Of a stretch of DNA of 64,000 bases, positions 36,082 to 47,300 are shown in pieces. This DNA is from Amphiscolops sp. MND2022 (Eukaryota), in NCBI GenBank assembly GCA_964187785.1, contig OZ076409.1:21330001-21394000 (forward strand), given 5' to 3'. Both the position numbers and the translations under genes were made by a program. Each line of letters begins with the position of its first letter. Position 1 is the stretch's first letter. The notes beneath the pieces were generated by a model. It was not told where the DNA came from, made no database searches, and saw only the letters and a list, made by a program, of their open reading frames with translations.

Positions 36082-36806
36082 CTGCAATGTGCGGTAAAGA
36101 AGTCGGAAACAGAACAAAATATTGGAAAACAAATTACGTACTTTATTGTCATTTTATTCCATTTTTAGTCGGCGCTTCATGAAGTGAAACGCGACTATTA
36201 TAGTCACTTTTTTCTATCCACACGAACTGACCAAAATATTTCTTAAAAGTTGTACAAAATATTATTGCACCAAATTGCACTATTTGGCCTAGCGAACTGA
36301 ACCAAAAAGGTTTTTCCTGTTTTTCCGCGTAACATACCATACCGGGCGAGACCAAAGGGTCCCCCATTTCATATTTTTCGGCATTGTGAGACTTTTTTCC
36401 TAAATTTTTTTCTCTCCAAAGGGTCCCCCCTTCAGTTTCTTTGATATTTTACAACAGATTGGGTGTTTAAAATCCCAAAGGGTCCCCCCTTTCAGTTTTT
36501 CGGCATTTTTTTTTCGAAAATGTATTTTCTTCGAAGGGTCCCCCCTTCAACTGCGACAAAAATGTTGACAATTTCGAAAGTGCCCCCCCCCCCCTTTTAG
36601 CGCGCCAGGGGCTCGTGGTAGCGGGCCCCGGCGCGCCACTCGGTCCATTTTTTGAGTATGTAATTTTTTCGAAAAATTTTTGATTTTCGAGTACTGTAAA
36701 AGAGAATACTTGACACTTGAAACGTTTCGGCAGATGTTTTTAGCCTGAGACGGCAGATGTTTTTGCCCAAACGTCCGGAATTCTCCTCTATCAGGGTCAA
36801 AGACAT

Positions 36807-37460
36807 TGTTCCTGTAAGCCCATTCAGTAAAGTGATCAATATCCCTTTGTAAATCAGGTTTGGTCAGAAGAGACAGTAATTTACTATCATCTGCAAACAA
36901 ATAGCATGAGGAATTGACAATTTTGTCAGGAAGATCATTCATAAAAATAATGAGGAAAAGAGGTCCGAGGACACTGCCTTGAGGTACACCGCTATTAATA
37001 TCCACCATCTGGGAGAGGGAGCCATTTATTGATACTCGTTGTGACCTTGAGTATAAGTAAGACTTGAATAAGATCAAAAAAGCTTCATCAAAGCTAAAAT
37101 TTGGCAGTTTTTTCAGAAGAATATGATGTGGAACTAAATCGAAGGCCTTCCGAAAGTAGAAGTAGATAACATAACTAGAAGCGTTAATATTTTTGGTTGT
37201 ACAAATCGTCTAGATAGAGTAAGAGCTAGGTAATAGGAGAGCGCTTCTTTGTGATACCATGTTGTTCATCACAGATTGAGAATCGCACTTGCGGGTATAT
37301 GTGTCGGTAGAGCAATTTTTCAAGAATAAGTGAGAGCTGTGGTAAAATGCTGATGGGCCGATAATTTTCCACACTTTCGGGGTTTCCAGACTGATATATC
37401 GGCGTTTTATGTGAGCATTTCCAATCACTTGGCCATCTTCTTGCCTTTATTACTACAGTG
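36807..37460 (-). pseudogene. LINE RT fragment
   Basis: ENYRPISIL, YFYFRKAFD, SGVPQGSVLGPLFL, FADDSK; frameshifted and truncated. Confidence 0.85.
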
Positions 37461-38056
37461 AAAAGTTGAGTGGCAACGAAAGTAGGGAACCCGATACCAG
37501 CCACTATACCAGTAGACCAGTAAAAAAACAACCAACAAACTATTCAAACCAGCCACTATGCAGTCGACCGGTAGAAAGTTTTTAAAAAGGTGCTATGATG
37601 AAAAGGTCAAAAAAATTAGGCTATATGTAATAAATTTATTCAAACGCATCTCTGTCGCTCACAATTCCTAGAATACAGGCCGCATTGCCGATCTGAAGAG
37701 CCATTGAAATCCGTTGCTTCAAAAAGCTGCCTGCTCGCTCATCGTCGTGCGAACGACAGAGCATTTTACAGAGACGCGTGATGTAAATTTCACTGCTCTC
37801 GCCTTCAAGAACCCTGTACTTCCAAGGCAACAAGCTAAAAAATGTATCCATTGTCTATTAGTTCGCGATACTTCTCAATTTTGCGCGCTTCAGCCTTGGT
37901 GGCGGTGGTTCCAGGGTTGCATATAGAGCCTTGATTCAAGCGACTGGGTGCAAGAGCATCCACAACCGTGACATCCCACGCCAGCTGTTTACCCATTTCC
38001 CAAGGAATCATAGTAACACCGTCTGGGCGTTTGCCATCAGTTCGGTACAGTCCACG

Positions 38057-38406
38057 CGGGTGGTCGGAAATAGGTCGAAGGAACGGGATCGAAAATCAGA
38101 GTTAGTCCTCAGGTCGACATACCAAATTTTTGAATGGGATCGAAACAACTCGGATCGAATTTTTTATTACTTAGTCAGATATGTTCACATACCCCTAGTG
38201 CCCTGAATGCAGGAGCGAAGCGAAGCAGAGCGACGTGCCACATGGCCATGCCTCAATGTTGCGACTTGGCGAAGGGAGCGAAGCGACCGAGCCATACAAC
38301 AAATACGATAAAATTCGACCGCATTCCATTCGATCCCTGCAATTCGATCAAAAGGTTCGACCTCTGTCCTTTCGACCAGAAAAATTCGACCTATTTACAG
38401 TCACCC
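38057..38406. mobile_element. TIR MITE (MULE/foldback-like) with TCGA-rich arms
   Basis: GGGTGGTCGGAAATAGGTCGAA / TTCGACCTATTTACAGTCACCC. Confidence 0.7.
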
Positions 38407-38643
38407 TCGTTGATTGTCGTGCGAACGACAGATCTTTTCACAGAGACGCGTGATGAAAATTTCACTGCTCTCGCTTAAAGAACCCTGTACTTCCAAAGCC
38501 ACCGGTTGAAAAATGTATCCATTGTCTATTCATTCGCGATACTTCCCAAGGTTACGTTTTTCAGCCTCTGTGGTTTCTGGGTTGCATAAAGAGCTTTGAT
38601 TCAAGAGACTGGGTCAAGAGCATCCACAACCGTGACATCCCAC

Positions 38644-38992
38644 GTTTCGTCACCAGCCGCTTGGGCGACAGAAAACTCAGCCCATTTCGGCGACAATAAT
38701 GTCGCCCAAATGTCCCGTAGACTAAATTGCCGAATAAATATGTTCACATACCCCTAGTGCACTAAATGCAGGAGCGAAGCGAAGCAGAGCGACGTGCCAT
38801 ATGGCCATGCCTCAATGTTGCTACTTGGCGAAGGGAGCGAAGTGACCTAGCCATACAACAAATATTCTATTCTCTTCAAATGTATCAGTTAATTGATCAA
38901 TTTGATCAACCCATTTGGTCGACCCTTTTGTCGCCCATGTGAGCGATGCCATATTGTTGCCCAAAAGGCTCGTAACGAAATGTCACTGACCC
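38644..38992. mobile_element. MULE-like MITE
   Basis: Arms GTTTCGTCACCAGCCGCTTGGGCGACA / TGTTGCCCAAAAGGCTCGTAACGAAAT. Host sequence ACATCCCAC (9 bp) is duplicated on both sides. The left TIR tip appears to be missing. Confidence 0.65.
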
Positions 38993-40429
38993 ACATCCCA
39001 CAACAGCTGTTTACCCAATTACCAAGGAAACATGGTAACACCGTCTGGGCGTTTGCCATCAGTTTGGTACAGTCCACGCGGTCCGAAAATTGAAGGCAGG
39101 TCGAGAGATCCCAACGTCTGCTCTATGAGAGAAATGGCGGTGGATGTTTGAATCAAATCAATGGGAGGACGGAATGAGATTTAATGGAATAAGATCTAAC
39201 GCGTTGAGATTGCTGGAGAACACCTCACCCATGTCAATTTGAGACATTTTATGAGTTTAGACCTCATTCCGGTTTCTAGAATCAATTCGCGCGAATATGC
39301 AATTTGTCACTGAGATCGAAGTAAAATGGTCAAACGAAATGAGATGGAATCAATGTTTTAAACTACCTAGCGTTTGCAAAAAACAATGTGTTTGGCCCTT
39401 TGATACATCCCCATTTCCTCTAGTGCCCCGCGGCTCCTTGGGGCAAATTGTGTTTTCATCTTCCTAATCGAGGTCAAACAGGAGCAAAAACCTAGCGCGA
39501 ACGGATATCGCGAAGCAACCGTGGTGGGAGCTCGTCTTTGCGACGGTGAGGGCTAGCGTGCATACACCGTATAAGACCCCATATCAGTTGGAGAAAAGAA
39601 CCTAAAAGATTTATAAACGCTTTTAAACGCTTTGAATGAGCAAAACCGTAGCAAAAACGGAACAATTCTGTCTCAAACCTTCCGATCCATATTCGATCTT
39701 GTTTTTTCGATCTTACACAAAATCGATCTCAAAATACCTCACCGAGAAAAGTGAGAATAGCATGGCGTGAGAAGCGACCAGCTCTCTTGGTGCAAGAAAG
39801 ACTATGAGAACCGTCCCGTTCAACTCTTTTACCACAGTGGCACGTATGCGCAACACAGATGTTGGCTCCGAGACGCAAACCAATTGAAATCAAAAGCTGC
39901 TGGTCATCAAGTTTCAGGCCTAGGTCCATGCAAGGAGCGACGTTGAGCCATTGAGACCCAAACTTTCCTTGATGAGCGTTAAGAACTTTCGAACGTTTGT
40001 CATTTCGTGATGTTTGGATTCAGATCCCACGTCATTTTCGGACTCACCCCCAGTCATACGATTCCCATGTCATTGCGCATGCACGATCACCTTTCGGTGT
40101 AGGAATGACTGTCATCTTGTTGGGGAAAAGGCACAAATCCGTGGTCTGCAACGAAAGAAAACCCATACCAGCCACAATCCTTGTCGAGAGAGAGAGAGAA
40201 AAAAACGCTTAATTACTATACCTTACACTGGTGAGCATAAATATGCGCTTCAAGGAAAATTTGAAAAGGCTAAAACAGGAAGCTGAAAAACTAAACTATT
40301 CGCGCCACCATGAAGATTTTGAATTCAATTCAAATACTTTATCACGTTTTGAGGTTGCAATCACGAAAAATGGTCAGTTTTTCGTGTTAAAAAAGAAGCG
40401 AATTGATTGGTGCAAAAAAGTTTGGTGCA

Positions 40430-41030
40430 ACTTTTGACCAAGTTTCTGCCAAATAAGGATATCAAAAACGAACAGTCAAGAACACTTAGCGGCGCTATTT
40501 ATCAACCGGTTCAGTTCGAGATAGGCACAGACCGGGACGACCAAAGATTTTCTTAGTACGAAGCGAAAGACGAATTGTTAGAAAACATGAAGAAAACCCA
40601 TTTTTGACAGCGATTGAGTCCGGCGACCAATGGGCCGTAAGTAGGTTTACTGTTGCAGATGGCCGAATACTCAAGAAGCATGGTCTACAATGCAGAAAAC
40701 CCCACAAAGTGCCAGTAATTAGTCAACAAAACAAAAACATGCGACGCAATTTTGCAGACAAAACTAGAAGGTGGAACTAACAATGGAAACAAATCTTATG
40801 GTCAGATGAGAGTAGGTTTTGCTTGCACCAGCATGATGGTCGGATCAAAATCTATCGTCAACACAAAACCCGATATGCAAAAGAAATCAACTGCAATTTG
40901 ATCGCTGGAAAATGGAAGAACATTGGTTTGGTCTGGAATTTCTCACAACAAGAAAGCTTATTGATTCCATGCCAAGACGAATTATTCAATGTATCCGAAA
41001 AAGAGGTGGACCGACCAGCTATTAGACTCA
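40430..41030 (+). pseudogene. Tc1 transposase relic
   Basis: DRHRPGRPK, RILKKHGLQCRKP, WKQILWSDESRF, DGRIKIYR across broken frames. Confidence 0.8.
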
Positions 41031-41114
41031 GTTTATCGACATTGTTGTGTTTTATTATACCTAAATCTGTTATTCGATATTCAAGCGCATATTTTTGCTC
41101 AGCAGTATATAAAA

Positions 41115-44100
41115 CATAGGCGCGACGGCATGTCGCGCTTAGGCACGAGCAGAAACGTTTAATGGTCTGCAGAAGGTGTAACAAATTCTTTGTGTTCCAA
41201 GGCCCACAACCTTGTGAACTTATCCAGTCTCAGATGAGGATATTTTGATGAAAGAACTAAAAAGATGAAGGAAATTTTTTATTGAGAAAAATGAAAAAAT
41301 GTTTTTTTGGCAGAAACCCGAAAGCGTCATACTTCATGACGGAAACTTTGATAGTACAAAAAGTAGCCTAGGTACTTGCCTCATTTTGTGAGGGAGAATG
41401 GTTTTCTTATCTAATTCCAGTTCGGAGAAAAATCAGCTACAAATTGTAAAAAAATGGAAAAAAAATCGGAAAAAAATTTTTTATTATTTTATTTGCTAAA
41501 ACAAATCCAGAGCGAAAAAAATTTCGACATCAATTTTAGCCTAAAACGTAGCCTACATAATCTTTGTAAAATTAACGAAACCATGAACCCCATATTTGGT
41601 CTCGGTCATGAGATATACGAGCTCAAGTAAAAAAGAACCAAGAATTTTTTTTGAAAAAAATTGAAGTTTTTTTGGCAGAAAAACGAAGGCGTCATACTTG
41701 CTGACGGTAACTTTGTTAGTCCAAAAAGTAGCCTCTATCTATGTTGTTCTTCTCGAAAGACAACAGTTTCTGTATCTTTTCTCAGTTTTGAGAAATATGA
41801 GCTTGGAATGAGAAAAAACTTTTCGAAAAATTTTTTGTCCTCTTTTTGCTCAAAAACACCGGGTATGAAAACAATTTTGACGTCATTTTTAAGCCAAAAT
41901 GTAGCCTCTAAAACTCTTGTACAGTGTACGAAACCATGGACATTGTATTCGGTCTCAGTTCTGAGATATAGGAGATCAAAGATGAAAAATTGCCAAAATT
42001 AGCGTTTTTTCAAAACTTCTTTTGGGAAAAACCCATGAAGCCGAATTTTTTTCGAAAATTTTTTTTAGCGAAAACGTAGCCTAGGATCCTGCGCAACTTT
42101 AAGCGAAAATATGATGTCCGTATCTGTTCTGGAATTTGAGAAATTTGCCTCACAAGTTTGAAAAATTGGCACATGTCACGAAATCTGCGAAAAAAAACAT
42201 AGGTGCGACAGCATGTCGCGCTTGGGGTCAAGCAGAAACGTTCAATGGTCTGCAGAAGGTGTTACAAAATCTTTGTGTTCCAGGGCGCACAACCTTGTGA
42301 ACTTATCCAGTCTCAGATGAGGATATTTTGATGAAAAAGCTAAAAAGATGAAGGAAATTTTTTATTGAGAAAAATGAAAAAAGTATTTTTGGCAGAAACC
42401 CGAAGGCGTCATACCTCATGACGGAAACTTTGATAGTACAAAAATTAGCGTTCTTACTTGCCTCACTTTGTTAGGAAGAATGGTATTCGTATCTATTTTC
42501 AGTTCTGAGAAAAATTAGCTACAAATTGGAAAAAATGGAAAAAATTCAGAAAAATTTTTTCATTACTTTATTTGCTAAAAAAATCCAGAGCGAAAAAAAT
42601 TTCGACATCACTTTCAACCTTAAACGTAATCTACATAGGCTTCGTAAGATTAACGAAACCATGAATCCAATATTTGGTCTCGGTCATGAGATATACGAGC
42701 TCAAGTAAAAAAAAAACAAGAAATTTTTCTGAAGAATTTCGAAGTTTATTTGGCAGAAAAACGAAGGCGTCATACTTGATGACGGTAACTTTGTTGGTCC
42801 CAAAAATAGCCTACATCTATGCTGTTCTTCTCGAAAGTGAACGGTTTCTGTATCTTTTATCAGTTTTGAGAAATATGAGTTTGGAATGAGAAAAAAATTT
42901 TCGAAAAATTTTTTGTCCTCTTTTTTGCCCAAAAACACCAAGTATGAAAAAAAATTGACGTCATTTTTAGGCTGAAATGTAGCCTATAAAATGCTTGTAC
43001 AATTTACGAGACCATGGACATTGTATACGGTCGCAGTTCTGAGATATAGGAGATCAAAGATGAAAAATTGTCAAAAATAGCGTTTTTTCAAAACTTCTTT
43101 TAAAAAAAACCCATGAAGCCGATTTTTTTTCGAAACTTTTTTTCGGCGAAAATGTAGCCTAGGATCCTGCGCAAGTTTTAGCGAAAACATGGTGTCCGTA
43201 TCTGTTCTGAATTTTGAGAAATTTGCCTCACAAGTTTGAAAAATTGGCACATGTCACGAAATCTGCGAAAAAAAAACATAGGCGCGACAGCATGTCGCGC
43301 TTGGGGTCAAGCAGAAACGTTCAATGGTCTGCAGAAGGTGTTACAAAATCTTTGTGTTCCAGGGCGCACAACCTTGTGAACTTATCCAGTCTCAGATGAC
43401 GATATTTTGATGAAAAAGCTAAAAAGATGAAGGAAATTTTTTATTGAGAAAAATGAAAATTCTATTTTTGGCAGAAACCCGAAGGCGTCATACCTCATGA
43501 CGGAAACTTTGATAGTACAAAAATTAGCGTTCATACTTGCCTCACTTTGTTAGGAAGAATGGTATTCGTATCTATTTTCAGTTCTGAGAAAAATTAGCTA
43601 CAAATTGGAAAAAAATGGAAAAAATTCAGAAAAATTTTTTCATTACTTTATTTGCTAAAAAAATCCAGAGCGAAAAAAATTTTGGAATCACTTTCAACCT
43701 TAAACGTAGTCTACATAGGCTTCGTAAGATTAACGAAACCATGAATCCAATATTTGGTCTCGGTCATGAGATATACGAGCTCAAGTAAAAAAAAACCAAG
43801 AAATTTTTTTGAAAAAATTCGAAGTTTATTTGGCAGAAAAACGAACGCGTCATACTTGATGACGGTTACTTTGTTGGTCCCAAAAATAGCCTATATCTAT
43901 GCTGTTCTTCTCGAAAGAGAACGGTTTCTGTATCTTTTATCAGTTTTGAGAAATATGAGTTTGGAATGAGAAAAAAATTTTCGAATTTTTTTGCCCAAAA
44001 ACACCGAGTATGAAAAAAAATTGACGTCATTTTTAGGCTGAAATGTAGCCTATAAAATGCTTGTACAATATACGCGACCATGGACATTGTATACGGTCGC

Positions 44101-44379
44101 AGTTCTGAGATATAGGAGATCAAAGATGAAAAATTGTCAAAAATAGCGTTTTTTCAAAACTTCTTTTAAAAAACACCCATGAAGCCGATTTTTTTTTCGA
44201 AAACTTTTTTCGGCGAAAATGTAGCCTAGGATCCTGCGCTAGTTTTAGAGAAAACATGGTGTCCGTATCTGTTCTGGATTTTGAGAAATTGGCCTCACAA
44301 GTTTGAAAAATTGGCACATGTCACGAAATCTGCGAAAAAAAAACGTCACCATTTGGGCATCTCGCAAAGCTCGTGTCCC
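41115..44379 (-). mobile_element. Putative non-autonomous Helentron-like element made of 3 tandem units of about 1.08 kb
   Basis: Units start at 41115, 42198 and 43277, each with hairpin G[C/T]GCGAC-N5-GTCGCGC. Subterminal inverted repeat GGCACGAGC (41142-41150) / GCTCGTGTCC (44369-44378). Terminal stem TTTGGGCA...TGTCCCAAA. Inserted in an A-run. Non-coding. The tandem structure is certain; the superfamily is inferred. Confidence 0.65.
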
Positions 44380-44380
44380 A

Positions 44381-47300
44381 AAAAGAAACAACTCATTTAG
44401 TACAGTAGGAGTAATTATAAAATGAAAATAAAATTAGTAGCACCTTTGAACTTTTGCAGAAGATGGAAGCAATGCCAAAAATGGTTTTTGTAATGTGGAC
44501 ATTGTTTGTAAAGTAGTAACATGTGTTCTTTGATAAGTTGCTTCCATTTTTCTCGCTTGTATATGATTGTTCTCGATCCAGAGGGTAAGGAATTTGAACT
44601 TCTCAAACAAATATAAAAGAATGTTCCATGAATAAACTTACTTGAACCAGCCTCTTTCAATAGAAATTTTTTTGTTTCGATCATTCATTCAAAAACTCAC
44701 TGTTAAGAGTTTAAGGTCATTCTGAAATACTGAACTTCCGTTTTTGAGAATCGAAATTATTAAGTCAAATGATTATAAGTCAGTTCTTTAGTTCAAACCT
44801 AATATTTCTTCAGATATTCTTAAGGAGGTTAAGTATTTGTTTCTAGATCTGTAGAATACGGTTTGACGAGTCCAATTCAGCTGTTTCTCAAAGGAAAGTA
44901 AAAGAGCAATACTGATGTCCGTTAAAAGAAGGTTACAATATTCAAAATGACTTTGAACCAGAGCATGAAGCAGCACTTTTAAACGTTTTTTGGGTAGGTT
45001 GTTGCGAATTGTTTGGATTGCTTTTATGCCAAGGGCCATTTTTTGAAGTAAACTTTTAACTTGAGTTTCGAAAGTTAGTTTGTTGTAGATGATAATGCCT
45101 AAATACTTTGCTTCATTCTTAAGTTTTGTATTGGAACCGGCGACTATAAGTTGAATATTGGATACGGTCATTTTTGGTGTTGTAAAACGTAAGAGCTCTG
45201 TTTTAGATGCATTCAAAGTTACTTGATTCGACCGAAAATACTTTTCTAGGTTTTTGACACTGATTTGTAAATTCTCAAATGCACTATCAGATTTCGGATT
45301 CGCTGAGTATACCGAACAGTCATCGGCGTATTGGATAATTCTGCATTCTTCCGAGATGTGTTTTGTAATATCGGTATTGTAGGTGTTAAAAAGTAATGGG
45401 CCAAGTACTGTTCCTTGTGGTACACCTTGAAAGGTTTCGATAAAGTCAGATACCGTATTATTGATAACAACTTGTTCACGTCTGTGTGATAAAAAGCTAA
45501 AATTTAGTGGCAGAGCGTCGTCATTGAAGCCGATTAATTTCAATAAATCCATCTAAATTTGATGGGATACGGAATCATCGAATGCTTTCGAAAGATCTAT
45601 ACATACTGAATAAATAGAATCGTTATTGTCCACATGTTTAAGGATCGATTCGGTGAAATAAATGAGAGCATCTTGTGTTGATACTTTCTGGCCAATCCAA
45701 ATTGGAAAGGAGACAGAAGTTTATCAGATAATAGGTATTGATTATTTTGTTTATGCAAAATTTTTTGAAGTTTTTTCGACATACTGCTCGTTTCTGTAAT
45801 AGGTCTGTAGTTCAAAGGGTTTAGTGGATCATCTTTTCTATATAGAAGTGTAATGAGACCTTTCTTCAAAACTGAGGGAAATTATTGTGTTTTATTATAC
45901 CTATTCTGTTATTCGAGATTCAAGCGCATATTTTTGTTCAGCAGTATATGAAAAAGAAACAACTCATTTAGTACAGTAGGCGTAATTATAAAATGAAATT
46001 AAAATTAGTAGCACTTTTGAACTTTTGGAAAAGATAGAAGCCATGCCAAAATTGGTTTTTATAATGTGGACATTGCTTGTAAAGTAGTAACATGTTTTCT
46101 TTGATAAATTTCTTCCATTTTTCTCGCTTGTATTTGATTGTTCTCGATTCAGGGGGTAAAGAATTCGAACTTCTCAAACAGGTATAAAAGAATGTTCCAT
46201 GAGGAAACTTACTTGAACCAGGCTCTTTCAATAGAATTTTTTTGTTTCGATCATTCATTCGAAAACTCACTGTTCAGAGTTTAAGGTGATTCTGAAAAGC
46301 TGAACTTCCGTTTTTGAGAATCGAAATTAATAATTCAAATGATTTTAAGTCAATTCTTTAATTCATACCTAATACTTCTTCAGATATTCTCGAGGAGGTT
46401 GAGTATTTGTTTCTAGATCTGTAGAACACGGTTTGAAGAGTCCAGTTCAGTTATTTCTCAAAAGTAAGTAAAAGAGCAAATATGAAGTCCGTTAAAGGAA
46501 GGTTACAATATTCAAAATGACTTTGAACAAGAGCATGAAGCAGCACTTTTAAACGTTTATTGGGTAGGTTGTTGCAATTTGTTTGGGTTGCTTTTATGCC
46601 AAGGGCCATTTTTTGAAGTAAACTTTTAACTTGAGTTTCGAAAGTTAGTTTGTTGTAGATGATAATGCCTGAAATTCGACCGAAAATACTTTTCTAGGTT
46701 TTTGACACTGATTTGTAAATTCCCAAATGCAATATCAGATTTTGGATTCGCTGAGTATACCGAACATTCATCGGCGTATTGGATAATTCTGCATTCTTCC
46801 GAGATGTGTTTTGTAATATCGGTATTGTAGGTGTTAAAAAGTAATGGGCCAAGTACTGTTCCTTGTGGTACACATTGAAAGGTTTCGATAAAGTCAGATA
46901 CCGTATTATTGATAACAATTTGTTCACGTCTGTGTTATAAAAAGATAAAAATTTGGTGACAGAGCGTCGTCATTGAAGCCGATTAATTTCAATAAATCCA
47001 TCTAAATTTGATGGGATACGGAATCATCGAATGCTTTCGAAAGATCTATACATACTGAATAAATAGAATCGTTATTGTCCACATGTTTAAGGATCGATTC
47101 GGTGAAATAAATGAGAGCATCTTGTGTTGATACTTTCTGGCCAATCCAAATTGGAAAGGAGACAGAAGTTTATCAGATAATAGGTATTGATTATTTTGTT
47201 CATGCAAAATTTTTTGAAGTTTTTTCGACATACTGCTCGTTTCTGTAATAGGTCTGTAGTTCAAAGGGGTTAGTGGATCATCTTTTCTATATAGAAGTGT

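Larger units (their letters stand above)
37636..40085 (-). mobile_element. Fragmented CRE-like non-LTR retrotransposon 3' end (zinc knuckle + restriction-like endonuclease)
   Basis: 39729-40000: GSQWLN..P...GLRLG..IC..HTCHCG...H.LSC...RH. 37636-38057: DGKRPDGVTMIPW..GKQLAWDVTV...E.RK.EKY...QRISMALQIGNAAC. A second copy of this endonuclease segment lies at about 38407-39080. Confidence 0.8.

Noticed and set aside
41661..44317. Repeated 60-113 aa ORFs in the 1.08-kb repeats
   Set aside because: K/F-rich products of A/T homopolymer DNA; frames are not preserved between units.
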